DNA of 62,787 nt, counting the filler, from Squatina squatina (lineage: Eukaryota), in NCBI GenBank assembly GCA_031763465.1. It is 4 parts of 4 records of this genome, joined end to end, with 100 filler letters (N's around TTAATTAATTAA, not from the genome) between each part and the next. Parts side by side here need not be neighbours in the genome. Positions count along the whole stretch, not along the records: positions 1 to 15,577 come from JARFOE010000203.1; 3 more parts are not named here. One strand, 5' to 3'. The notes under the pieces are model-generated. The model ran no database searches and had not been told where the DNA came from. It was given only the letters and a program-made list of their open reading frames with translations. Every line of letters begins with the position of its first letter. Within the stretch, counting starts at the first letter, position 1. Position numbers and translations under genes: made by a program. Of this stretch, positions 1-13,478 are shown piece after piece.

Positions 1-828
1 GGATGAATACCCATCAGTAAACTTAACAACCAATCACTTGACAAACTAGAATCCAGGCACATTCCCATCACTGGACTGACAAAGACTTGGACCCTATCCA
101 CTACAAAGTTCCCAATGACTCGGCCAGTCTAGAATGGAAAGTAAAGCTGAAGTGTGATACTAGACAGTCAGACACAAAACAAAAGTTTTCTCAGCACCAA
201 CCTTGTTGCAAACCTTGGGTGTGAGCCTTCGGAATTCCATATGCTGAAGCACACTGCTACTATTGTTGGATTCAGATTCATTCAAAGCACTCCCAAACTC
301 AAAGGATCAAATTAGACGAAATTTCAACATTGATTTCAATGGAAATAAAAGTCAGATAGTTTCTGTAACATGCGACCGATCCGTAACGCCAGTGTAACGT
401 CCAGGCAGCAAGTTGAAAATGTATCCTCTATTTAACAACCAGATGAGAGGCTGACGCTGAGGACTCTGTTTATGTCTCTGCTTAGCTAGTTGTTTGGAGA
501 TTTGCATCAATGCTGTACAGCATCTGATTTTTTTTCTCCCCTATCTAAGGGAAAGCATCTGTTGTCTAGTCTGCTGCTTTTCTGGGTGGAATTTCCAAGA
601 TCTTGAACTCACTTTGTGAAGAATCAATGGAGCAACCACCTGCCTACTACTCCAAGATACAAAAGGGCAGGATGGGTGGGAGTGGGGGGGCTGGGCGGTA
701 ATGATGACCTGAAAATACTAATGCAAGAACCGTTCCAGCTTTCACAAGAAGTACCTTCCTACCCTACCTGATAGTACAATCTGCTCTATGATGTATCAGT
801 AAGAGAAGTTTTATTTTTTTTAACACAG

Positions 829-956
829 ATTTTTAAATATCTCTGGGAGAAAGTCTTGCCTTTGAAGACCAGAAAAACCAAGTCTGCTGGTAAATTGGTT
901 GAACGTACTTCTGAAACCACATCCTTATTTCAGCTTAAAAGCTACAACGACAGCAT
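829..956 (+). CDS. Unidentified candidate internal exon (IFKYLWEKVLPLKTRKTKSAGKLVERTSETTSLFQLKSYNDS)
   Basis: T-rich acceptor ttttttttaacacAG (827-828) and donor GTgagt (957); only one frame is open over 128 nt; no protein recognised. Confidence 0.35.
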
Positions 957-2224
957 GTGAGTAACGTTCTGTGTTAAAAGAATGTAAAGCGGACATAGGC
1001 TTTAGAACTAACAAGAATGACCGTAAAAGCTGGGTCTTTGATATTTCCGGTTTGTCTGGCTAAGTCTCGAGCATTTTTTTTGTTGAAAACTTTACGAAAC
1101 TTCATCTGAAGTAGAACCCAATTTGATATAAATGCTTTAGTCTCTGATGTTATATTGGGTTAAGCACAGATCATAAAATTGGTAAATCAAAGACCCATTA
1201 CTCTTTCCCCCCCCCAAGTACCAGTAAATCAATTGATGCAAATTAAGCATTTTTAAAACAATGGTAAAAGACAGCTACATTTCCTCAGTTTGGGGAAAAC
1301 TATTTTCAAAGCTATTCCTACACATCCTAACAAAGCACCTTAGCACTTTATTTATAGTCTTTTAAACTAGACTGGACTTTTCCTGCTCTTGCATCACTGG
1401 TGGATTCTTCAAGCCAGTTATCTGTAGAATGTAGACCATATTTCTGGACATGGTNNNNNNNNNNNNNNNNNNNNNNNNNNNNNNNNNNNNNNNNNNNNNN
1501 NNNNNNNNNNNNNNNNNNNNNNNNNNNNNNNNNNNNNNNNNNNNNNNNNNNNNNGTTCTGCAGGCTGCAGCTGACCCTTCTAAGGCCAAAGCACCCAGAG
1601 GGCGCCGCAAATGGCTATCTGTGCCAACAGATCCAGAGTCACAGCAGCCTGGCCGTAGCTGTGCTGTACCCATCTCCCCCCCATTGAGGAGAGAGGTTAG
1701 GCTGGTTGGTGGCTTCATGCCACTGATCCTTTTAACAGGCTGATCGTAAGATACTCCTCTTACAGCTGTGGCCACATTTCTGCCTCTCTCAGGGAATCTG
1801 AGGCTTGAGGTTATCTCTATACCTTTACTCTGTGTACATTAGGTTTTACAGTAAAGAGCTTGTGTTTAAGCCCTATCCCATGTATCCCCAGTGACAAGAG
1901 CTAGTAAAAGCTTGGATCAGGCAGCAGGTATCGATAGGATGTAACGCACAGGTTAATGGCTTTTTTTTCATTGAGAAACCAGAGTGAATGACCAAGCTCC
2001 ATAGCACAGAATACCATTGAGGTTCAAAAGAGGTAATAAACAGCAAGTGGGGATTCAGTGACATTAAGCCTGGGGGCCTTGTTCAGCACCCATCAGACGT
2101 TTGTGCCTCAGGAGACCAATACATCCCCCTTTTTGCAGCAAATGAAGTACTTTGGAAGTGTAGTCACTGTTGTAATGCTGCAATCTGGACAGAAATTGAA
2201 CTATCCACCTGCCTGGCTCACATA

Positions 2225-2290
2225 CAAAAGCAAGATACTGCAGATGCTGGAAATCTGGAATAAAAACAGAAAATGCTGGAAATACTCAGC
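2225..2290 (-). mobile_element. Penelope-like element terminal fragment
   Basis: aaaagcaagatactgcagatgctggaaatctgg...aaatgctggaaatactcagc is near-identical to the terminus of the element at 4470-4540. Confidence 0.7.
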
Positions 2291-4469
2291 NNNNNNNNNN
2301 NNNNNNNNNNNNNNNNNNNNNNNNNNNNNNNNNNNNNNNNNNNNNNNNNNNNNNNNNNNNNNNNNNNNNNNNNNNNNNNNNNNNNNNNNNGATCCATCCC
2401 ACAATTCCACTCCTGAAATAAACTAAGATAATCAGCGCTAAGTAAGTGCCCTTTAGCGCTGAAATTAGAACGGTTTTAAAGCTGTCTGAAACTTTTTTTT
2501 CCCAAAGTGTCGAATTGCAGGCCTTAAAGTGAAATTTCAAAGGCCTGAACTTTGCACTCCCCAATTCGTCCCTTAACGGCAGAAATTCAGGGCAGTCTAA
2601 TTGGGCACCCTAAATCTTTTTACATCAAAATTGCAAATCCCCAAAGCCGGGTTAACTTTTACCACAGGATAGTAAATCAGCGTTAAAATTATTGGCAGGT
2701 AGAAAGTTATTGTCATCGGAAGGTTAGAATGAGGAAGCCCATTCAGCCCGTCCCCCTCACCTGTCATTTAGCTTACACCATTTTAATTTCCCTACTGACA
2801 TTTATCCCTAAATTCACAGCCATTGGGGGGACAATACAAATAAGACATCATGCAATGTGATATACACAAAGTAAGTGGGTATAATTTGGGCAGTAAGCAT
2901 GATTAAATAAATTATTCAGGACAAAAGAATTATTTAACAAGAATTGACAGCTTCTGTCATTCCATTAACAGAAATGCACGTAACAAAGATAAGAAATAGT
3001 TTGAAAATTTCAGTTTCTATTTACTTAACAGAAGATTTTAGCTATCATAAAATCAATTAATTGGAAGTAACCTTTTTTTGTGAGCACAGGTGGTGCAGTA
3101 TAGATATGCAATTTACAACCAAACTGTTTTGCAGTATGTATTTTAATTAATTTATTTATTTATTAGCTCACACAGCTTTTTCGTGCAGAATGCAGCAGTT
3201 TTCAGTTTCTCAGACGTGTGTCCGATCTGTTATCACTTGTGATACACTGCAGCTGTACTCATTTACTGGAAAGGGGCTAAGCGCGCAAGCACTGGTTCCT
3301 TTCTCACAGCTCGTTCCGTACTCCGACAGCGTGTACCACGTCATCAGTGCTTCTCGCTCCGGAAACTGGCCCTTGCTGCCTTGTCACGAAACTGGGCCAC
3401 TAGTATCAGGTGACCTGAATCGAAGATAGCTGAGAGAAAAAAAAAAATACAGCTCAGCGCCGAGCTGCTGCACTGCAAAAACGANNNNNNNNNNNNNNNN
3501 NNNNNNNNNNNNNNNNNNNNNNNNNNNNNNNNNNNNNNNNNNNNNNNNNNNNNNNNNNNNNNNNNNNNNNNNNNNNNNNNNNNNTGTTGCCATTTTGTTT
3601 CAAGGAGTTTCAAGAGCTATTTTTGTTGAAATTATTATTGGGTTTTTCTTAAAAGAATGTTCAAAGAAATTAGGTACAGAATGTTGAAAGTACACTATTA
3701 ACGTTGCCGCACAATCCTGGCGAAAATAATCAACATTTGGCACTTGGAGAAATGATACTCATTGTCTCATCACATCGAACATTCCAAGCTTGCGAAGAAT
3801 ATTAGTGCCAAAGTAGCAATAATGCATCAAGATAGGGCTTGCGTGACAAACAATAAAATAGAACCTTAAAGTCTCAGATTTACCTTCTGGAGGTGTTATT
3901 AACTACAAACTGCAACCTCCAATTATCTGCTTTCCTAATTACCCACCAGACTTTTCACAGGACAAAGCCTTGTTCAAGGTGTTGAAACTACATAATGTTT
4001 CTTCTGTTATTTGCATTGTATTTATCTTAATTCCCATGTCTAAGGTATTGCTGTACCATACACACAAGATTACTTGGTGAATGAAGAAGTTCCACTGTAC
4101 ATTGATTGATTGATTTACACCTATGTATGTCCGTCTTTATGTAATTTCTGTAGAAAGGCACATTTTCTAAGTAAACCCCATATGTATAGAGTGGACGTGG
4201 GTTGTGGCAAGTAAGTCATAATGATAGTTTTAGCAGGGCTTAGGTTATAAGCAATACGTAATTAGCAAGTTTAATCCATATCATAATATTTCCCAGTATT
4301 CAACAGGACTACGTTTCTGATAAGATTGCGCGATTTTACTTTTAAACATTTTTTTAAAAAGTTATTTGTACCATAATTGTGAATTAAGCTGACTGCACCT
4401 TGTCTTATGTTCTGCATATTAATCAATCATGACCCCTTAACAAGTGTCTCAGAATACTGATCTGTTCTT

Positions 4470-5443
4470 AAGCAAAAGCAAAATATTGCAGATGCTGGAA
4501 TCTGAAATAAAACAGAGAATGCTGGAAATACTCAGCAGGGTCAGGCAGCCTCTGTGAAGAGAGAAACAGAGTTAATGTTTCAGGTCGATGAAACTGGAAA
4601 AAGTTAGAGATGTAACAGGTTTTAAGCAATTGTAGGGGCAGGGAAAAGGGGGAGGGGAGGAAAGAACAAAAGGGAGGGTCTGTGATAGGATGGAAGGTAG
4701 AAGAGATTAAGAGACAAAAGGGATGATGGTGCAAGGCAAATGGAGCTGGTAATGGGACAACTTAAGAACCAAAAGATGAGTCTAGATAGGGTGGAAATTG
4801 AGATGGCTGAATCATCAACAGCTGCCGTGCGGAAGAGAAAAAACAGGAAAAAAGAAAAAAAGTAGAGGCAGAGTTTATGGTTTGAAATTGTTGAACTCAG
4901 TGTTGAGTCCAGAAGGCTGTAAAGTGCCTAAACGAAGGATGAGGTGCTGTTACTTGAGCTTGTGTTGAGCTTCATTGGAAGAGTGTAAGAGGCCAAGGAT
5001 AGAGAGATCAGAGTGGGAATGGAGTGGAGAATTAAAGTGACAGGCGACCGGAAGCTCAGGGTCACGTTTACGGACTGAACGGAGGTGTTCTGCAAAGCGG
5101 TCACCCAATCTGCATTTGGACTCCCCAATGTAGAGGAGACCACATCGTGAGTAGCGAATACAATATACTAAGTTGAAAGAAGTACAAAGAAATCACTGAA
5201 AGGAGTGTTTGTGGCCTTGGACAGTGGGAAGGGAGGAGGTAAAAGGGCAGGTGTTGCATCCCATGTGCCTGCACAGGAAGGTGCTGTGAGAAGGGGAGGG
5301 GGTGCTGGGGGTAGTTGAGGAGAGGACCACGAATGGAACGGTCCCTTTGGAATGCTGAAAGGGGAGGGGAGGGGAAGATGTGTTTGGTGATGGGATCATG
5401 CTGGAGGTGGCAGAAATGGCGGAGGATGATCCATTGAACATGA
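4470..5443 (-). mobile_element. Degenerate Penelope-like retroelement (GIY-YIG endonuclease and terminal repeat)
   Basis: Minus strand at about 5020-5160 reads RCGLLYIGESKCRLGDRFAEHLRSVRKRDPELPVACHFNS, a PLE-type GIY-YIG motif; frameshifted; second copy at 31360-32050. Confidence 0.85.
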
Positions 5444-5550
5444 NNNNNNNNNNNNNNNNNNNNNNNNNNNNNNNNNNNNNNNNNNNNNNNNNNNNNNNNN
5501 NNNNNNNNNNNNNNNNNNNNNNNNNNNNNNNNNNNNNNNNNNNTCTCTAG

Positions 5551-5701
5551 CCAGTGTTTGGAGAAACTCCACAACACCGAACAGGATCTCAGGCAGTTCG
5601 CACTGGAGTCGCGGGCAGAAGTGACCCGGCTCCAGACCGAAATAGTAGAGGGTCAAGAGACAAATAGTGGTTCTTATATGAATCTTACTGTGACCAAGTG
5701 A
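5551..5701 (+). CDS. Unidentified candidate terminal coding exon (QCLEKLHNTEQDLRQFALESRAEVTRLQTEIVEGQETNSGSYMNLTVTK*)
   Basis: Follows tctctAG at the contig start; 49 open codons, GC/CpG-enriched, helical or coiled-coil-like composition; TGA at 5699-5701 then AT-rich sequence. Confidence 0.45.
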
Positions 5702-8700
5702 TCCTACAGAATGGAGAGAAAAGCTCAATGAGGGTTTCTACACTGTGGATTAACCAAGAAATAGCCTCTTTTATTTTCTAAAATGACAAGTTGAGACAAG
5801 TTTTCTGATGTGTTCTGATCAAATGTTAAAAAAAGACAGTATTATCTGTCTGTAATAAAGGAAAGCTTGGTGTAACTACTGGTAACAGGGTTACAAATGG
5901 GTCTAGAACCCATTCACCTTTTAAGTGAGATAGTTGGAGATCATATGGATGTAAATTGAGGCTCAAGTATAATGCCTAAGGACTCCTATGGGATGGACTG
6001 AAAGTAGTAACTATCGAAAGGGAAACTGTCCATTGAGGATGAGGCATGTCCAACTTAACAGTTGGACATTAAAGCTTTCTTCCCAGCATCACATTCTGTT
6101 CTCCACAATTTATGGGAGTTAGAATATGTAGAGATGTCATATTCAGGATAAAAACCATCAAGATGATTCCTCTCTTTCCTACAATTTTAAGAAGGCTATG
6201 TGTGATTTTCCAATCCTGGAACTATGCACCTCTCATGAACCCAAGGGGTCCAAATTGCCCATAGTATTAGCAGCACCAATCAATTTAATGTGGCTTTTGC
6301 TGCACAATCTGTGCAGTTGTTTATTTTTCTTTCTTTCTGCTGTTCCTACCACCTGTACAAAAGTTCTGGTTGGCATTAGGAAGGCCTCTGAAGAGTAACA
6401 TTTTTTCCCTGCTGAATGGCCTATTGAGCTTGTTAAGTGGCTGTGAAAAGCAAATGAAGGCTCCCTTTCTGTACTGGTGTCAGAGGTTGTTGGAGAATTG
6501 CTTCTGGTAAAAATATATCTGAACATTGGAGGGTCTTGAAAAGGTACCTTCATAAGGGAAAGAAATTTGGATGATAACTGTATAGGGATCACTGGTAATC
6601 TGGTGTCAGGTTTAGACCACATACGTGAAAGTAATTAGTTTATAGTTTGTTCAACTCATTTGAAAACTCCAGTAAGTATCACTTTAAGACAAGTAATTAT
6701 GAGAGAAATCATTCTTAGCCAGATCTCAGCCCTTCCAGTCTATTGGTCAGTTATATGTTCTGACCAATCTTATCTTAATTTACTGACAGATAANNNNNNN
6801 NNNCTTAGCTGTTGTGTTGTGTCAAATATTAAAGGTTAAAATAAACTGCCTTTTGAGTAAGATGAGACAGCAGAAAAGATGTTGAAAATCAGATTTCAGT
6901 CGGGCAACACCAGGAGGAAATGTTTTTTGTACTAGGTGGGATGCTTTCATAATTGGCATGTTATCTTACCTCCATATCTTAGGTTTTTTTTAACCTTAGA
7001 ATGTACCTTCCCTCTACCCATTCTGCAGCCCAAAGGCAAGNNNNNNNNNNNNNNNNNNNNNNNNNNNNNNNNNNNNNNNNNNNNNNNNNNNNNNNNNNNN
7101 NNNNNNNNNNNNNNNNNNNNNNNNNNNNNNNNNNNNNNNNGCTTTCACAAAAAAAAAGTTTATAAATATTTGCTTTTGTCCAATAATGGCGACGTCTGCA
7201 TACTTGATTTGTGCTGGGAATAGAGTTAAATGCTGGATTGCATCAGTACAAGGTTAACAGCCTCAGTGGGATTAGGAGGGGGTGGTATTATTTCCTTATT
7301 CAGACATCTGGCTGTAGATAAGATCAGCGATTGTGAGAAAGTAAATCACAAATTATTGGAGTTTTTTTCTTTGAAATATGAATATGATTGCAGTTTTTGT
7401 TGTGCAACCTCATCTCCATTAGGAGCTCAAATACGAATCCACAAATTCCGTTCACAGTTAGCTGCTTGAAGGAAAGGAAGTCATCACGTCTTCTGTCTGG
7501 GTCAAACTCAGGTCTAAGAGGTGAAAAGGACAGAGCAACACATTGCTCCACCCAGTTCCTTATTAGAGAGAAGTGCTATCTGCCTTATCTGGGTAGGATG
7601 AAAAGGTGCAAAGAAACTTGTTCCAAAACAGTGTGCTGAAATACACAGAATTGATGAACATACGTCACAATCGCCNNNNNNNNNNNNNNNNNNNNNNNNN
7701 NNNNNNNNNNNNNNNNNNNNNNNNNNNNNNNNNNNNNNNNNNNNNNNNNNNNNNNNNNNNNNNNNNNNNNNNNNNAATGTCTTATTGCCCCATTCCTACC
7801 CACTGTCGTCCTGACAGGTAATTGCGATAGCACCTATCTTGAACCCAAGAATTGAGCTATCTAATTGATTATTTTGTTACTTCTGCCACATTGATACCTC
7901 AAAAAAAACTGTGAGCAACTTAATTGGTTGTTTTTTTGTGGAAGTTCCTCATTTCTGCTTGGTAGCTTTTCGTGCCAATCTATATTTGAGCAAATCAGCA
8001 TCTTAACTTAACAGATACCAATTATTTGTGCCAAATTGTAATGCGTGACATATGGTTTTTTTTATGCTCAAGAGACATTTAAAGTGTTGCGGCCAACACA
8101 CATCAGATTTAAATTGTGATGTGTGCAGACCGCAAGAATTTGAGTGACACTGGGAGATTGCTGACCGTCCTCACGTGCTATCTCTGACAACCATAGCAAC
8201 AGTCACCAATATTGCCGTTGCACCCCATAACCAGTCAGGCTGGAAGCAGAATAGAAACCTGTGACAATAATGAACCATCAAAAGGTGAAAACCTTTCCAA
8301 ATGTTATTAATGAAACTTTCAGGTGTTGAGGGGCACTTGGAACCTTTGGGCCCAAAATAATCAGATATGCCAAGGGCCGGTCTACTGCAACCCTTGATCT
8401 GAACAACAGGCCTGCAGCTGGCAGAGTTACTAAAGTTTATGAAAAAAAAAGAACAGAATACCACAAACTACCCACACACACACACAGAAACACAAAACTA
8501 GAGAAACCTTCTTACATTCTCTCTGAAACTTTTCATTCTGCACAATTCGACAATTAGCTGCATTGTTCTCAGGCAATTTCCTGTCTTGCTTATCTTTCTC
8601 ATCTCTGGCTATCTCAGTGCTTATATACAGCTGTCTGGTTTCTCATAAATCATATCTGCATCATATCTGCATCATATCTGAGCGACTGGCTACGTTCTCC

Positions 8701-11700
8701 CATCTTTATCATCTTGCTGCCAACAGAAAGAAATTGCACGTTATGTGTGCTTTTAACTTTTGAAGACTGCGGCATGAAAATACAGAGCAAGATGAACATT
8801 ATTCTGAGAAAATTTCAGCAATGATGAACCAGAGCTGTGCTTGCTATTTGGTGTTTGCACAAGACAAAGCCCAAGTACTAAGGAGGACCATGTTTAAATT
8901 TGCAGTTACAGCAACTGTGACCTTTGTGCTGTGACCCTAGCACACTGCTAACATATGCGTTTGAGAATTTCAGATACANNNNNNNNNNNNNNNNNNNNNN
9001 NNNNNNNNNNNNNNNNNNNNNNNNNNNNNNNNNNNNNNNNNNNNNNNNNNNNNNNNNNNNNNNNNNNNNNNNNNNNNNTTGGTGGGCGAGGAGGGATAGT
9101 CTAATCATCTGAGGGGATGGGCAGACACGCTGGATGGAGGGATAGAATTGAGTACACCATTTGGTTATACAGACTTGTGTCTGTACATGTTCAAATCAGC
9201 ATGAGCAGGAAGCCAATCAGGTTCATGAATACATCATTTAGCCAATATGTAGTATCACATACAGATAGGATTTTCAGATTTAATGGGCATTAATGTGACC
9301 TCCATTTACCACTATAAATGAGAAGACTAAAGGCTGAATGAGTCCTAGCCTTGACTCACATTTTTGTTGAGGCTTGTGAAGCTGGATGAGGTCAGCAGGT
9401 CTGAGACAGGTCATCCAAGAGCAAAAGAGGAAAAACTGTGAGCGGTTCTTTATGTTCCTCTTCAACCCAATAGTGAGATGCCTAGCAACTATTTCACTGG
9501 CCATATCAAAGAGAGCAGTACTACACTATTGGGTGTTACTTATGAGGGGGCAGGGTGAAGGGAATCCAAATTATAGCACTGACAAAAAGTGAACTAGAGT
9601 AATTTGGTTTCTTCAAAGAAAAGTCTTACCCATAAACAGGAAACTGTATTGACATCAATTATTGAGTAGGTTGTTATACAAGATATCTATCAGTCTCATT
9701 TGTTTTTCACTTGAATCAAATGTAAGGCTTCAGTGCCACCTCTGTCACAGGCTGGGTTGCAGCAGTGGTGCTGATGTGATGCACTAAGCATTTTTGCTCA
9801 CTAATTATGTTCTTTTTTAAACCAAGCTGTCGGTAAGGTACAATTAAGTGGCTAGCCAGAGAACTTGAGGAAACCACCTGCTCAAACCATGCAGAACTCA
9901 GCCAGGATTGGAGCTGTGTCAAACACCTCACCGTGGTTCTGAATCTGGTTTTCTGTAATGTCAGTGGATTGAGGTCTAAGGTCTAGTGGCTTGGACACTG
10001 GTATCAAGAGATGTTAGGATTACAAACCAAATGAAATGCATATTCCCACAAAAAACTCTCACCTCTGCCCATCAAAGACACTAGGTTATGCATTCTGGGC
10101 ACAAATTCTGCAAGTCTTTCTTTCAAGATGTCTTTCAGATAGCAATAAAAGGAAATTCGTAAAATTTAAGTGCAATAAATTTTGCCCTGACTACCACATA
10201 TTTTTCTTCGTTTGATACGTCTTGTTGCCTTATTTTTTCTGTTTGATGCATATTTTGAATTTTTGTTTTNNNNNNNNNNNNNNNNNNNNNNNNNNNNNNN
10301 NNNNNNNNNNNNNNNNNNNNNNNNNNNNNNNNNNNNNNNNNNNNNNNNNNNNNNNNNNNNNNNNNNNNNATCATCACTTGTTTGGGGGTTCTGTGGCATT
10401 CATTAAGTGCGTCTACAAAGGGAGGGTTAAACAGCGCGGCCTTTTTCTGTGATTCAGCCATACATCACAGAGTGCTCCGGGTTAAACACAAAGAATACCA
10501 CAACAGATGGATGAAAGGGAGCTGCAGTTCCTTCACCCCGAGTACTTAACCCAGGAAAATTAGTTTCAGTGTTTGTGTCATTTTAAAAAATGAATGTGCA
10601 GCTTTGTAAGTACTACATGGCTACTGGGGCATGCAGTCTAGAAAGATACTGGGAAGAACAACAGGTCCTTGGTTTTTGTGCATGTGTTTTTAATGGAGTT
10701 GTCATTTCCTATCCATTACTTTGCAAAACACCCCCTCTCAATTGCACAACATGTCCTTGATTTACGTGCATCACAATCTGCTCAAACCATCAATTTTGAT
10801 CCTATTTTTGCCACATGAAAAATATCCCGAATGTTTCATTTTACCACCACATGTGGCGTCTGAGCCACACCCTAGGTGGAGAAGGATGAAGGGTTATTAA
10901 ACTCTTCTCCACTTGTGAACGGAAGAGACTGCAGCTTGTTGTAGCAGGGATAATAAGGAATGTTAAAAACAGAGAGCACAAACAAGGACAACGCTGCGAG
11001 CGTTGACCCAGATTAACCCTTAGACTGCCAGCAGATACAGAGATAGTTGTTTTCACATCTACATGGGCTGATTGGCTTTGTAACTACTCAAATGTCAAGA
11101 GTACTGTCATTGTTGTAATATTAAACTCTATAAGCTACTAAAATAAACATCTAAAACATATTTTTAATTAGAAATAAAAAATTAAAACATGTTACGGCTG
11201 ACCCGATCGTCTTTTAGCTCCATTTCCTCAAAATATCCTTTACCCTCCCATTTTTATTTTTTTTAAACTTTAATTTTATTTTTTTCCCCACAATCTAACC
11301 TATTTTGCCTCTTATATACCTTATTTTACTCAAAAAAAAACTTTTACATCTTTTATTTGCCATGTTTCTTCTTCCTCCTGGCTCTCATTGTCAACTTTAG
11401 AGTTTAGACCAGCTTTCAAAAAAAATCAGAGTTTCCATTTGCTGAAATCAGTTTTCAAGGCAGATTTTCCACCCAATCAAAAGCTTAGAGTATAAAGGTC
11501 AAGCAGGGTCAATTTGTGACATTAAAACCATGTTAAACACTCGAGAAACTCTGCTGACAAGTACATTTGGCAGCAGCCTCTAGAACAGCAACCAGCCGAA
11601 TGGTATCTTCTGTGTTGTAACCATGCTATGATTCTATATGAGTATNNNNNNNNNNNNNNNNNNNNNNNNNNNNNNNNNNNNNNNNNNNNNNNNNNNNNNN

Positions 11701-13478
11701 NNNNNNNNNNNNNNNNNNNNNNNNNNNNNNNNNNNNNNNNNNNNNCCTGAACCTCAGCGGGTTTATATTTTTTTTAAGCAGGCTACCCCCCCAGCTGGAC
11801 CTCTGCACGCTTACGGTAAGCAGTACCCCCCTCATTGAGGGACTTCATAGAGATGCCACACTTGCACTGCTGCTGTTTCTTCATAAGCGCTCTTTATTTT
11901 GAGTGCCTGCATATAGCTCTTGCTAAGCTTGTGGCTGAGCATTCCTGTGGCAGTATAAACCCAGACTCTTGGTTTCAAACAGATACTCAGTTTCCTTTGG
12001 GATTTTTCTGCTTTTTCTTGCTTATTCCAGTGCAACGTTCTAAAAGTGACAAAAAAACCACAAGGACTGAGAGTATCATCTGCAACGAACCATGGCATCC
12101 AACAGCATATTCGATTCATTTACAACCTATCCGCAGACCTTCTTGCGGGGTGAGTACAGGCCTCTTTTGTCTTTCAAGGCAGGAAACCTCACAGTATAAG
12201 TGTAATCTTTTTGAAGATGTAACACTAGTTCTAGTAGTGTTCAGTTCACTGCTGCTTTCCACACTATATGACTGCTTGCAACTTATATGACAATGAAATG
12301 AGATGGAACAGACCAAAACTCTTTGCATATTGGTATCGGGTTGAGTGAATTAATGATTGCAACAGCTTTGGTCTTTAAGAGTGAATTTGTGGCTTCACAG
12401 GGCAGAAGGGTGGGAGTCGTGACCAACAGCAGAGCAACCAAATCATTATTTTCCAACTCTTTGCTTTGTAATAGACTTATGGCACATCAGACGCAGTATG
12501 AAGTCAGCGCTGACCACAAGAATTAATCACTTTTTTGAAGCTAACCTTTTCATCTGACTAAAGTTATTTCTTTGCAGGAATGGTTCACCATTATCCAACC
12601 CCCACCCCTTCGCTCCCCCACCAATGCCTTCCAGGAAAGCCAAAGGCATATTCTTTTCCTGGATTTAAGATAGAACGGTTTAGCTGTAAACTATATCTTG
12701 AATTTTGCCCATGATGTCCAGAAAGCAACACTTAATTATTGCTTTAGACTGAATGTGTTAAATTACAACTTTTCTTAAAATTGTACCACTGACTTCCTCG
12801 TTTCAAACTGTATCTGAAGCCCTGCCCTCAGGACTCTAATTGGTTGGGCTACATTTTTTTTCTCTATTAGTAGGAACGCAAAAACCCGACTCAAATTTTT
12901 AAATTGTTGAATGATTAAATATTCATTTACATTTCTTACATGGTAAGTTTGAGACACTTTCCAAAGTGCATAAGAGCTGTTTTATTCTCATTACATACTT
13001 TAAAGTTGACCATTTTTGATCATTTTGTGGAACAATATGGTACTTTACTTTTACAGGTTGTCATTTAACCGAGCGCAAGAGCAAAACTCACCTTATGAGT
13101 TGGATATTCAAGGGTGATCCAAAATCTAAATTATTGCATTAATGTTATATTCGCTAAATGAAAATAATACATGTGTGAACATTTGCTTTTGTTTAGCTGA
13201 GGATATCACTTCAGGTACCCGTACTTCTTTTTACCTTCATTGTATTTTCACTAGCCAGCGTTCTGACTGCAGTGCCTGGTTGAAAGTACGGAAGGTTACT
13301 ATCAGTTCCTTATGCTGCTTATGGCAGTGACACCTATGAAGAATTGTAGTTACCTTTAGTGAGTACGTCTGCACTGTTNNNNNNNNNNNNNNNNNNNNNN
13401 NNNNNNNNNNNNNNNNNNNNNNNNNNNNNNNNNNNNNNNNNNNNNNNNNNNNNNNNNNNNNNNNNNNNNNNNNNNNNN

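Noticed and set aside
1592-1606. CTCF-like motif cccagagggcgc
   Set aside because: Only a partial match to a short motif; cannot be supported without binding or conservation data.
1362-1775. ORFs spanning 100-N gaps, here and throughout the track
   Set aside because: X runs suppress stops and join unrelated contigs; no recognisable protein on either side.
6233-6622. 129-aa minus-strand ORF
   Set aside because: No recognisable motif, splice signals or coding-like composition.
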